A stretch of 58,125 nt of DNA from an uncultured virus (IMG/VR IMGVR_UViG_3300023214_000431) (Duplodnaviria > Heunggongvirae > Uroviricota > Caudoviricetes), in IMG/VR virus record IMGVR_UViG_3300023214_000431, one strand, 5' to 3'. Below, piece after piece: positions 9,761 through 18,894 of this stretch. The notes under the pieces were generated by a model. The model saw only the letters and a list, made by a program, of their open reading frames with translations, ran no database searches and had not been told where the DNA came from. Position 1 is the first letter of the stretch. Every line of letters begins with the position of its first letter. The position numbers and the translations under genes were made by a program.

Positions 9761-9763
9761 CAC

Positions 9764-10597
9764 ATGCAGGTATTCATCTACGGCGGACTCGTCCTTGCCA
9801 TCTTGCTAATGTTCAGCAAGAGCAAGGGCACAGGCGAAGAGGACGGCGACGAACAGTTGCCGCCTTCACCGTCGCCCCCACGTCCACCGTCGCCCAGGCC
9901 ACCGTCCCCCCAGCCAGCCCGGCCTGGGGACAACGGTCGCACGCCAGGCTCCCCTAGGGGACAGGGGGTGGGTGTCTCCCCGGCAGAAATCGGACGCATC
10001 CAGAGCCTGATTGCTGACGCTTTCAAGGAGGGGTTGGCCAAGCGCAAAGCGCGTCTCGCGGCAGCCAAGCGAAGCGAGTCCAACCAACGCACCATCAATG
10101 CGACGGCAGCCCACTTCCGTGCCCAGGGCGTCTATCTCGACAAGCCCAGCCTATCGAATCCTCCTACGTACTACAGGCAGGGCGAAGCTGCTATCAAACA
10201 GCACCTTGGTCGTACCCTGCTCAGCTTCATGCCTCGTCCACTGTCGCCAGCTTCGACCCCAGGCACCAAACCTGCCGAGCGCCGCGAACCAACCGTCACC
10301 ACGACCCCTGCCGCGGAGAAAATCAAACTCGTCCGCGAGGCGTATGCGAATGCCATGGCCTACGCAATCGATGTTGCCAAGCAGCGCGCAGGGAAGACTC
10401 TTTCACCACAGAACGTGCTCGTTCCCATCTCGCAATACTTCGCGCTGTTCGGCATTCCGCATCCGAACCAGCTCACCGCTGCCTCAAAATTTTGGGCCAA
10501 CCCTATCTCGACCATCCGCAAGAAGACTCAAGATGCAGTCAAGTATGCGCGCACGCAAACCGACATTCAGATCCCATCGAGAGAGGGGCAAGCCTAA
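9764..10597 (+). CDS. Membrane-anchored protein with Pro-rich linker
   Basis: N-terminal TM, PPSP repeats, INATAAHFRAQGVYLDKP module shared with ORFs 6980 and 18181. Confidence 0.75.
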   Translation: MQVFIYGGLVLAILLMFSKSKGTGEEDGDEQLPPSPSPPRPPSPRPPSPQPARPGDNGRTPGSPRGQGVGVSPAEIGRIQSLIADAFKEGLAKRKARLAAAKRSESNQRTINATAAHFRAQGVYLDKPSLSNPPTYYRQGEAAIKQHLGRTLLSFMPRPLSPASTPGTKPAERREPTVTTTPAAEKIKLVREAYANAMAYAIDVAKQRAGKTLSPQNVLVPISQYFALFGIPHPNQLTAASKFWANPISTIRKKTQDAVKYARTQTDIQIPSREGQA

Positions 10598-11016
10598 TGG
10601 CACTTGAACTCGTTCGCACAACGACAGGGACCATGTTGATGGGTACCGACAAAGGCGCCGAAGTCATTGCCACGTTCCAGAAACTCTGGCCGGTGCTGGG
10701 CCCCAAGATCAAGTCGAGCCCCATCAACCTTTCCGCAAGAGGAAAGAAGGGCGCGCTCGTCGCGCTGGTCGAGCGCGCCCCTCATGGCAAGACCGAGCTT
10801 CTCACTCCGACCAAGGCCCGCATCTTCAACACGGGCAAGAAACTACAAGAAGCAATCGCCTCGGGAAGCACAGGCAAAGCGGTCGCGGGTGCCGCTGCAA
10901 CGTGGGTGGCCTTGGCTTCCAATTACGACAAGCTCTTGGCCGAAAATCCTGTGTTGCTCGTCACCGCAGGCAAAGCCCTCGTACAAGAGACGAAGATTGC
11001 CCTCCAGGGCGGCTGA
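10597..11016 (+). CDS. Hypothetical protein
   Basis: MALELVRTT start coupled by TAATG. Confidence 0.7.
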   Translation: MALELVRTTTGTMLMGTDKGAEVIATFQKLWPVLGPKIKSSPINLSARGKKGALVALVERAPHGKTELLTPTKARIFNTGKKLQEAIASGSTGKAVAGAAATWVALASNYDKLLAENPVLLVTAGKALVQETKIALQGG

Positions 11017-11030
11017 AGAAAGGAAACACC

Positions 11031-11588
11031 ATGGCAGAGGTAGTCTATGACGGCGTTGGCACTCCGGTCGATGTTCCCAACATCGAAGGCGCGCAGGCGC
11101 GTCTGTTCTCGGGCCTTGTGATCTTCACGAACGCGCTCAACCCGCGTGAAGCGGACTTTGGCGGCGAGAACGTTCCGGTCGCAGGCGGTAACCGTCCGAG
11201 CCTGGGATTCAACATCAACTTCAACACCAGCGGGAAGAACGTCATCCTCGGCGCACAGGGCGCGCAGTTCCCTGCCGACGAGCGTTTCTTCGACGGCGTT
11301 GGTGTTCCTGTGGCTTTGGGCAACATCCCCTCGGTCCCCAACAACTTCGACAACCGAGGCAAGAACGTCTCTTACGGCGCTACCGCCGCCATCTTCCCAG
11401 ACCTTTTCGACCTGGGCACCTCGGGCGTGCCGGTGGGTGATGGCAACCAGCCGTTCTTCCCGGTCAACGGGTTCGACAACAAGGGCAAAAACGTTACTGC
11501 CGTTCGTGCAGCCGGACCTCCCGTGGGCTCCATTCTCTGGAAAGAGGTCACCTTCACCGGCGCTGCCATCAACGTCGGCAACAACTGA
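11031..11588 (+). CDS. Gly/Asn/Pro-rich structural protein with three ~42 aa repeats
   Basis: AGGA RBS; repeats VPV..GN.P.....F[DN]..GKNV. Confidence 0.75.
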   Translation: MAEVVYDGVGTPVDVPNIEGAQARLFSGLVIFTNALNPREADFGGENVPVAGGNRPSLGFNINFNTSGKNVILGAQGAQFPADERFFDGVGVPVALGNIPSVPNNFDNRGKNVSYGATAAIFPDLFDLGTSGVPVGDGNQPFFPVNGFDNKGKNVTAVRAAGPPVGSILWKEVTFTGAAINVGNN

Positions 11589-11599
11589 GAACTACCTTC

Positions 11600-12328
11600 A
11601 TGCGCTTCATAGGATACAACCCTTCAACTTCACATCGCATCGGCGCGACCCCCAAGGAAAGCGTCGATGCGATCAAGGCCATTGAAGCAAAGCTCCCTCC
11701 TGCAATCGCGGCACAAATGCCGCCATCACCGTCGCAGGAAAAGGCGTCCTACGATTTCATCATCCAGAACTTGGAGCGCAGCAAGACAGGCAGATACAGC
11801 TCTCGTGAAAACACAAAGCGTCTCGGATCGAAAATCAAAACGGCCGCTCAAGCCAAAGCAGTTCTCGAAATCGACAAGAAGTTCATCGTATTGGCAGCCC
11901 AGGCCATCCACGACTACAGCCTCTGGGACAAACTGCTCACCAACATCGTCAAAGCCAACGTCGATTTGATGATGGCCAATGTTCGTTCCATAAAGAGTAT
12001 CGAAAAAGAACTACCCAAGGACGATGGCGTCCCGATGCCTGAGCTTCTTGCTGCAAAGACAGCTCTCACAAGCTTACAAACTCTCGACAACCTCAACTTC
12101 ATACGGAAGATGGTCTCCGAGTCCAAGGCGGAATCGACCATCGACAACCTCATCAACGCTTTCGGCGATGCTCTCGCCAAAGTTCTCAAAACCGCCGTCA
12201 ACAAAATCATCATTCCTGTCGTCAAGCAAGTGCCCAAGGTCGGTTTTGCTCTTGCTCCACTTCTCGTGCCCGTTGGCCTCGCAGCAGGTGGCTTCTGGCT
12301 CGCGAAAAACCTTTTGGCAAAAAGATAA
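11600..12328 (+). CDS. Helical protein with C-terminal TM
   Basis: C-terminal VGFALAPLLVPVGLAAGGFWLA. Confidence 0.75.
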   Translation: MRFIGYNPSTSHRIGATPKESVDAIKAIEAKLPPAIAAQMPPSPSQEKASYDFIIQNLERSKTGRYSSRENTKRLGSKIKTAAQAKAVLEIDKKFIVLAAQAIHDYSLWDKLLTNIVKANVDLMMANVRSIKSIEKELPKDDGVPMPELLAAKTALTSLQTLDNLNFIRKMVSESKAESTIDNLINAFGDALAKVLKTAVNKIIIPVVKQVPKVGFALAPLLVPVGLAAGGFWLAKNLLAKR

Positions 12329-12331
12329 ACC

Positions 12332-13030
12332 ATGGCCGATGTAACCTTCTACGGACTCGCAAACGCCAGCCGCTTCGGCGACTCGGACGTGGAGATATTG
12401 CCTGCCAACCCTGCTACCTCACAGCCTGATGAAGTCAAGTTCGGCGGCATTGGTGCAAGTGCGCCTGGCGGTCTCGCAACCGAATCCAACACCTTTTCAC
12501 CGACGCTGACCCCCCGGCCCGAGTTCACCGAGGTCACTTTCTTCACGCCTCAGCCGCCACCACCTGCCATCGACTCGCCGAACCAAAATGAACTGGTCTT
12601 TTTCGTAGTCGGCGGCCCCACCTCGGGCGCACAATTCGTCAACGTCCGCGTCGTCGCTGCCCCCTTCGAGCTGAACGGTCAGGTAAACAATCCTTCGCTT
12701 GTCGCCATCGACTTGCGACTCTTCACCGATGCTCAACAGCCCTCGGGCATTGTCGGCAAAATTGCCGAGTTCAGCCAACCAACTGGCGCCACCCAACCCG
12801 TCAACATCAAGGGCGTCACTGGCCGCATTCGTACCATTGGCGGCATCGAGTTTGCGCCGGGGACGCCAACAAACTCCGCTCTCACTCGCGAATCCTACCT
12901 CGTCGAGTTCGAGAGCGCCCTACCCGTCCAACCCACCATCGGCGACCGCTTCACCGTCAAGAGCACCAACCAAACTCTTCGGCGCTCACCCGTTCTCGAA
13001 ATCTTCCTGAGCACAGACGAGGAACAGTAA
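12332..13030 (+). CDS. Pro/beta-rich putative structural protein
   Basis: 232 aa; short V.F motifs in the N-half, beta-strand pattern in the C-half. Confidence 0.7.
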   Translation: MADVTFYGLANASRFGDSDVEILPANPATSQPDEVKFGGIGASAPGGLATESNTFSPTLTPRPEFTEVTFFTPQPPPPAIDSPNQNELVFFVVGGPTSGAQFVNVRVVAAPFELNGQVNNPSLVAIDLRLFTDAQQPSGIVGKIAEFSQPTGATQPVNIKGVTGRIRTIGGIEFAPGTPTNSALTRESYLVEFESALPVQPTIGDRFTVKSTNQTLRRSPVLEIFLSTDEEQ

Positions 13031-13032
13031 TC

Positions 13033-13935
13033 ATGTCGATGACCATCACGCTCAAGCCACAGCTCTTCCGGGGCGATTGGGACCACGCACGTTCACAGTA
13101 TGCGCTGCTTTGGTTCTTGGAGGCCATGTGCCGCGTGAATCAGAGCCACATCCGCCAGTTCCGCCATCTCGCAAAGAAGGGTGTCAAGAAGCCCTATCCG
13201 CGCGTGTACAAGTCGGGCGTCCACTACGAGCGCGAGCGTGGCACCGAAGAGTGGCTCGACATCCCGAACATCCTCGCTGGCGGCTCGTACCCAGGCGAAT
13301 ACCCAGGTCCCTGGGATGACTGCGAAGGACTTGCCTGCTGGCGAGTTGCAGAATTACGCGAGCTGCCCTGGCATTGGGAAGCAACCAAGCGAGACAAGAA
13401 GACCGGCAAGCCGTACACGGTCTATCTCGACCCTGCTTTTGCGCCGCCTCCTGGCGCGCGCAAAGTCAAAGGCGGCATTGCTGCCAAACCGTTCGCGAAG
13501 TTCAAGCGTCGTCCTGATGGCTCCTTTGCGTACCACGCGCTCCTGTTACTACCCGATGGTCGCCTCGAAGATCCGAGTCTGACCATGGGCATGACGTGGG
13601 AGAAGGAGTTCCACGACCGCGACATTGCCCGCAAGTATCGCGATGGAGAGTTGCCCATTCAGATTCGGTATGCGACTACGCCGGACACGGTGGTCATCGA
13701 TCCGGAGTCACCCACCGGCTACTCCAACAAGATCGAGGAAGCCAAGCAAAAGACAGGTCTCGCGGGCGACGCCTACGAGCAAGGTCGTGGTGCGGGTGAT
13801 GTCACGAACGAGACGCCGGAGGAAGTTCTTGCCGACCACGGCATCGTGCAGGGCTACGCTCACGGCGAAGATATTCAGGCCCTGATGGACCGAGCAACCG
13901 AGTCACGGGGCTTTGCCCCGGGTCTGCGCTACTGA
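13033..13935 (+). CDS. Transglutaminase-like cysteine protease (putative virion maturation protease)
   Basis: DDCEGLACWRVAEL (Cys at helix start), AYHALL (His), LEDPS (Asp) in the order typical of the transglutaminase/papain-like triad. Confidence 0.75.
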   Translation: MSMTITLKPQLFRGDWDHARSQYALLWFLEAMCRVNQSHIRQFRHLAKKGVKKPYPRVYKSGVHYERERGTEEWLDIPNILAGGSYPGEYPGPWDDCEGLACWRVAELRELPWHWEATKRDKKTGKPYTVYLDPAFAPPPGARKVKGGIAAKPFAKFKRRPDGSFAYHALLLLPDGRLEDPSLTMGMTWEKEFHDRDIARKYRDGELPIQIRYATTPDTVVIDPESPTGYSNKIEEAKQKTGLAGDAYEQGRGAGDVTNETPEEVLADHGIVQGYAHGEDIQALMDRATESRGFAPGLRY

Positions 13936-13946
13936 GGAAAACGACC

Positions 13947-14069
13947 ATGACAAAGCGTACATTCGAGCAAGACTTCGAGCGAGCCAAGAAGGCTGTCCGT
14001 CAAGGCAAAGGGCGCGGCTTGCGTATCGTTCGCCTCCCTTCTCGTTCAGGCGTACACGAAGACCTGTAG
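13947..14069 (+). CDS. 40 aa leader-only member of the FxxxF-leader family
   Basis: GAGGA RBS; MTKRTFEQDFERAKKAVRQGKGRG closely matches the N-termini of ORFs 28761 and 29234; fills the gap between neighbours. Confidence 0.7.
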   Translation: MTKRTFEQDFERAKKAVRQGKGRGLRIVRLPSRSGVHEDL

Positions 14070-14072
14070 AGC

Positions 14073-14828
14073 ATGGGCATCGTATTCGGCATAGCAGCAG
14101 TTCTCTTGCTCGTAGCACTCTCGGGCAAAAAGAACGAAGCTGCGTCCGACAAGGACGGCAAGCAAAAGGACACCACTCAAGGCGCCCTGCCGTCATTCGT
14201 GCGTCAAATCATTGTCAACCGCAACGCGAGCAAGGACGACCTGGCTCGCGCAGCTCTTGAAGCAAAGAACGCGGGCTACCCGCAGCTTGCGCAAGCACTC
14301 GCCAAGCGCATCACCGAGGGAAAGTCTCTCATCACGTCGCCATGGAAAGATGTCTCCGATGGCGCTTGGACACGCTTCGCTCGTGTCATCAGCAACGGCA
14401 AAAAGCCTGACGACATCAAGACCAAGGGCTTTTATGGGATGTTCGACTTGGGCGTCCGTCGTCTCGTCGACCTTGGTGTCATGCGCGATCCAGTGTGCAG
14501 TACGGCGACCGACCCAAAGACCGGAGCGACGATTCGAATCTGGCGTGGTCAATGGGTGATGCCACAGGAGAAATTCCTCGCCGACCCAAAGCTCCAATAC
14601 GACCTGTTCTGCAAGTCGATGGAACTTTACCGCAACATCATCGCCGAGAAGTACAAGCAGGTTCTCGGTCTCGACATCAACGGTCAGAAGGCAACGTTGT
14701 CAGGACTTTTAGCGCTTGCGCACAGTTGCGGCGCCGAGGGTATGTACAAGTGGCTCACCAACCCTGAGATGCGTGAGCGTTTCACCTGGGTCACCAATGC
14801 TTACAACAGGGCCAACGGCATCTTCTGA
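14073..14828 (+). CDS. Membrane-anchored lysozyme-fold (muramidase/transglycosylase-like) protein
   Basis: N-terminal TM; GFYGMFDLG..L.DLG, FLADPKLQ, TLSGLLALAH..GAEG motifs; no obvious catalytic ES. Confidence 0.55.
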   Translation: MGIVFGIAAVLLLVALSGKKNEAASDKDGKQKDTTQGALPSFVRQIIVNRNASKDDLARAALEAKNAGYPQLAQALAKRITEGKSLITSPWKDVSDGAWTRFARVISNGKKPDDIKTKGFYGMFDLGVRRLVDLGVMRDPVCSTATDPKTGATIRIWRGQWVMPQEKFLADPKLQYDLFCKSMELYRNIIAEKYKQVLGLDINGQKATLSGLLALAHSCGAEGMYKWLTNPEMRERFTWVTNAYNRANGIF

Positions 14829-16249
14829 TGAAGAACAAACCCCACAAAAAGAGGCAGCTCGTCACACGAGCCATGAGCCTCATTGCGCGCAGGCGAGCCA
14901 AGTGGCTTGCCACGCAGCGGGGCGAGTCCGTCTCGAAGCAAGACATCGCAGCGGGCAGGCAGTTCGCACAGGGCTTCATGAAAGCTGTCATTTCAGATCC
15001 GTTCTGGATGGCATCGGTTGCCGACATGGCCCAGGCGCTCACGGCCTTCGTCAAGCTCGCTGAGCCCCAGGGCGCGCCCCCGCCCGCGCACTCTCGCGAT
15101 CCAAAGTGCAAGGTCGACATCGACCCCAAGAAAGTGGAGATCGTGCGAGCAGGCTTGATGGCGCTGGCCAAGCGTCTGGGCAGCAAGAAGGAGGCGCGCA
15201 AAACCTTCATTCGTGAGAAGATTCCGGTGCGTGCGCCGGGCAGCCGCACCTTCATTGTCGGATGGGTAGGCAAAGAAGGCAGCGACAGCGTATGCAAGTT
15301 TTGGAACGCCCCCATCGAGGTAATTCAGCAGCGCGTTGATAAAGCTGTAGAATCGGGGAAAAATACAAAGGGCAACAAGGAGAATGCTGTGAACGGAGCT
15401 GCAATCGAAGCACCACCTCGCAAGAAGGTCTACGAGCCTGGCGACTTCCTGCCAACCGCCGACGACATGATTGGGCTCAGCCACAACGTCTCCATCATGG
15501 GTGGGCACCCACGCGGCAAGCGTCGTGCAATCTCGAAGAAGCGATACGAGGCGATGGTCAATCGTCTTGCCTGTCGTTTGGCAATCCAGAGGCAATGCAA
15601 GCCATCGCCCAAGGAGTTCGCTGCGGCCAAGAAGCGCGTCGACATGAAGCTGCGTCGCAAGGGCATTGCTATCGCGGGCGCCATGCAGCTTGGTGTCTCC
15701 GACATCATGGCTGCGTCTTTCGTTCTCGGTGCTGCCGCATCCGGCTCGCAAGCAGCCAAGCTGGCCATCATGAAGTCAGTCGAAGCCGCCAAGGAGGGCA
15801 GCCTGCGTGCAAAGAAGGACGTGACGGCACTCAAGGAAGCCAAGAAACTTCGCGCCGCTCAAGGCAAAGGCAAGCCCGCACCGAAAGGCAACGCCAAGGG
15901 CAAAAAGCCACTACCCAAGAAGATCGCCGTCGTTGCAAAAAAGGCCGCTGCCAAAGCCGCCATCAACGCAAAGAAAAAAGGCGCAAGCAAGCCGCAAGCT
16001 GTTCAGGCCGCCAAAGCCGCAGCCGCCAAGGTCGTCAAAAAAGCCGCCGTTCAAAAGGCCAAGCGTCTTGGGCCTCCCCACACGTTGCCCCCCAAGCGTG
16101 TTGCCGACGCCCGCAAGGCCATCCGCAGCGCCATGACCAAGAGGCCACCCAAGAGCAAGGCCGAAGCTGTCAAGCGTGCGCGCTTGCTGCGCTCTTTTTA
16201 CGGCAGCCCGTACCCCGCGCACCCCGCATTCAAAATCCACGACATCTGA
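14828..16249 (+). CDS. Lys/Ala/Arg-rich basic protein, putative core protein
   Basis: 473 aa; histone-H1-like AKKAAAKAA composition in the C-third. Confidence 0.75.
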   Translation: MKNKPHKKRQLVTRAMSLIARRRAKWLATQRGESVSKQDIAAGRQFAQGFMKAVISDPFWMASVADMAQALTAFVKLAEPQGAPPPAHSRDPKCKVDIDPKKVEIVRAGLMALAKRLGSKKEARKTFIREKIPVRAPGSRTFIVGWVGKEGSDSVCKFWNAPIEVIQQRVDKAVESGKNTKGNKENAVNGAAIEAPPRKKVYEPGDFLPTADDMIGLSHNVSIMGGHPRGKRRAISKKRYEAMVNRLACRLAIQRQCKPSPKEFAAAKKRVDMKLRRKGIAIAGAMQLGVSDIMAASFVLGAAASGSQAAKLAIMKSVEAAKEGSLRAKKDVTALKEAKKLRAAQGKGKPAPKGNAKGKKPLPKKIAVVAKKAAAKAAINAKKKGASKPQAVQAAKAAAAKVVKKAAVQKAKRLGPPHTLPPKRVADARKAIRSAMTKRPPKSKAEAVKRARLLRSFYGSPYPAHPAFKIHDI

Positions 16250-16270
16250 ACCGACACGAGGACTTTCGTC

Positions 16271-18169
16271 ATGACACCAACACCCAAATGGAACACGGAG
16301 CTGCCTCTTCGCAAACCGCGAAAGGTTCCTCCCACTCGCCGATACGACATCGTGATCGACAAGGCGAAGCCCGTGCGGGTGGCGCTCAAGCCCGTCGTAC
16401 CCAAAAAGAAGCTCATCCCGAAAAAGGAAAGGTACATGTACGAAATCAAAGGCACGCCTTTGCGTGACGATGAAATCTTGGTTGCTGCCTCCGAGATGAT
16501 GCCTGACGAACTCATCGTCACCAGCTCGGGCATTCACCGCGTGGGCGAGCGCATCCCCGGCTTTCCCTCAGGTCATGTGATGACCAAGGCCAAGGCTCGT
16601 CAGATGTTCGAGCGCGGCCAGCTCAAAATCCCGAAAAACCTTGTCAACTCCTTCCCTTCAGATCGCATCCGTTCACGACAAGAGCCATTTGGCAAAAAGC
16701 TCAGCCTCGAAGCAATCGCAGCAGCCAATCCTGCTGCTTACCGTGGCTTGGTAATCCACCCAGAAGCCCATCTTCGTGGCGTCACTGTCGATGTGATGGG
16801 CAGCGTCTGGGTGCAAGACGACATGGGCTTCTTCAAGAAGGTCGGAAAGTTCGTCAAAAAAGGTGCAAAAGGCATCGCCAAAGGAGCCAAAAAAGGTGCA
16901 AAAGGCATCGCCAAAGGAGCCAAAAAAGGCTTCAGAGGAGCAAAACGCGGAGCCCGATCTGCCACCCGCTTCACCAAGAAGGCTGCACGAGGCGCTTACC
17001 GTGGCACGCGCCGGGGCCTGCGCAAAACCTGGAAGTACACCAAGAAGAGCGGCCGTGCTCTCGGACGCTTCGCCAAAAAGCACGCCGCAGGCATCGCTTT
17101 GACCGCAGCTCTCGGCCCCGCAGGTCTTGCGGGTTATGTTGGCTGGAACAACCGCAAGAAGATCTGGGCAGTGACCAAGGCCGTGGGGCGCTTGGCAGGC
17201 AAGGCACTCGTCGAACTCGCTCGTGTCATTTCCTCGGCTGCTGCAACTCCGATCCGACTTGCTTTCCGCCAATTCATTGGCCTCCCTCGTGCCCGAGCAA
17301 TCGCCAAGAGCAAAGGGCGTCAAAGCCCGTCACGCCAAGACAAGAGTGAGGCTGTCAAATGGGGATTCGAGCAAGTCAAAAAGAAGCTCGGCAAACTTGG
17401 CTGGCTGGTCGTGAAAATCCTGAAGTTCACTCGTGGTGTGCCGCTCAGTGGCGACATCGGAAATGATACCTCATTCCATGTGTTCCGGGGACCAGCTCAA
17501 ACTCATTACGTCGGCGCAATCGATCCAGCCACCATTTCAGCCTATGCAACGGCTATAACCGCAGCACTGTCCGCACTCAAAGGCTCACTCAAGTTCTTCT
17601 CGGGCTTGAAGAAAGGTAAGCCCGCGGAAGCCGCTGAAGGCGCTCTACAAGCTGCCGACAGCTACAACCGCATGCAGCAGAGCTACGACCAGGCTCGTGG
17701 TGGTCCGCCGCCACAGCAAGCGCCTGGCTACATGTCACAAAGAGATCCGGGCTACGGCGCCTATGGCAGTGCCCAAGACGCGGGTGACTACCAGTCCTAC
17801 GGCAACGCTCAAGACTACCAGGCTGTCCCTGGTCAAAGCGCCTACCCTGGCTACGCGCCAGTTCCACAACGTCCCGCCTATGGTTACCAAACCCCTGGTA
17901 TGATCAATCCTTTGCATGCAGCATCCGCTGCATACAACGCTGTCCGCAGGCCCGTGCAACAATTCGCACAGCAGTACGTGCAACCCGTTCAGCAATTCGC
18001 GCAGCGCTTTGCCGCACCTGCCCAGCAGTTCTACCAAGCTGCCCAGGCCACACGGCAAGCCATCAACCAGCCCGCGCAGTACAGCTCAACCTACAACACC
18101 AACTACGACACCGCGTTTTCCACCATGGGTCGCGGGCGTGGTCTGCCACCGCTCATCAGCTTCGGCTAA
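16271..18169 (+). CDS. 632 aa multi-segment virion protein (amphipathic Lys/Gly helix, hydrophobic segments, Gln/Tyr/Ala-rich tail)
   Basis: GFFKKVGKFVKKGAKG helix; AGIALTAALGPAGLAGYVG; QY-rich C-terminus. Confidence 0.75.
   Translation: MTPTPKWNTELPLRKPRKVPPTRRYDIVIDKAKPVRVALKPVVPKKKLIPKKERYMYEIKGTPLRDDEILVAASEMMPDELIVTSSGIHRVGERIPGFPSGHVMTKAKARQMFERGQLKIPKNLVNSFPSDRIRSRQEPFGKKLSLEAIAAANPAAYRGLVIHPEAHLRGVTVDVMGSVWVQDDMGFFKKVGKFVKKGAKGIAKGAKKGAKGIAKGAKKGFRGAKRGARSATRFTKKAARGAYRGTRRGLRKTWKYTKKSGRALGRFAKKHAAGIALTAALGPAGLAGYVGWNNRKKIWAVTKAVGRLAGKALVELARVISSAAATPIRLAFRQFIGLPRARAIAKSKGRQSPSRQDKSEAVKWGFEQVKKKLGKLGWLVVKILKFTRGVPLSGDIGNDTSFHVFRGPAQTHYVGAIDPATISAYATAITAALSALKGSLKFFSGLKKGKPAEAAEGALQAADSYNRMQQSYDQARGGPPPQQAPGYMSQRDPGYGAYGSAQDAGDYQSYGNAQDYQAVPGQSAYPGYAPVPQRPAYGYQTPGMINPLHAASAAYNAVRRPVQQFAQQYVQPVQQFAQRFAAPAQQFYQAAQATRQAINQPAQYSSTYNTNYDTAFSTMGRGRGLPPLISFG
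16855..16929 (+). repeat. 33 nt tandem repeat x2.3 (KKGAKGIAKGA)
   Basis: CAAAAAAGGTGCAAAAGGCATCGCCAAAGGAGC perfectly duplicated. Confidence 0.9.
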
Positions 18170-18180
18170 GGAGAACCACC

Positions 18181-18867
18181 ATGCTTCCAATCGCACTTGG
18201 TCTCGGTCTCGTCATCCTGCTCGCTGCCGGTCGTGGCAGCGAGGTCGAAGCCGAGCGTGACTTCCGGCAGACCGGCCCAACCCCACCGCCCGGTCCTGAG
18301 CCGACCAAGGAACTTTCTCCGATGGCGCTCGAACGCAAGCGCATCATCGTGCAAAAGGGTTTCCTTGCCGCCGAAGGCAAGCGTCTTGCGTGGGTCTCTT
18401 CAACGCGCAAAAACGAATCAGCCAAGGCCACGAAAAACGCCGTCGCAGCCTACTTCCGCTCACGCAACATCCCTCTTTCAAAGCCCAATCCGAGCGTTCC
18501 CTTTTGGGCGATGCCCGAAGGCCAAATCGCCAACTACATCAGCAAAGCGGTCAACGAGTATCGCCCGATGGACGTTCAGATCGGGCCTGCGAAAATCGAG
18601 GGCTATAACTACCCGACCTACGTCGGCGCTGGTCGCCCGCGTGGTCCGGGCCTTGAATACCAGACCGAGTTCGACACGGAGTTCGACACCGAATACCAGA
18701 TGGGCAACATGATGCCCTACCTGTCAGCGGAAAACCGTGACTTCCAAACCTACCTGGAGATGCCGCCATCTCCAATCAGTGGGCCAGGCACCGAGTACGT
18801 CACCACACAACCCACGGACTTCAACACCGAGTTCAACACCGCCTTTCACGAGGCATACCGCAGCTAA
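18181..18867 (+). CDS. Membrane-anchored protein with T-x-F-[DN] repeats
   Basis: AAGGAG RBS; N-terminal TM; TEFDTEFDTEY and TDFNTEFNTAF. Confidence 0.8.
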   Translation: MLPIALGLGLVILLAAGRGSEVEAERDFRQTGPTPPPGPEPTKELSPMALERKRIIVQKGFLAAEGKRLAWVSSTRKNESAKATKNAVAAYFRSRNIPLSKPNPSVPFWAMPEGQIANYISKAVNEYRPMDVQIGPAKIEGYNYPTYVGAGRPRGPGLEYQTEFDTEFDTEYQMGNMMPYLSAENRDFQTYLEMPPSPISGPGTEYVTTQPTDFNTEFNTAFHEAYRS

Positions 18868-18894
18868 GGGGCACACCCCAAAAAGGAGCGAAAC

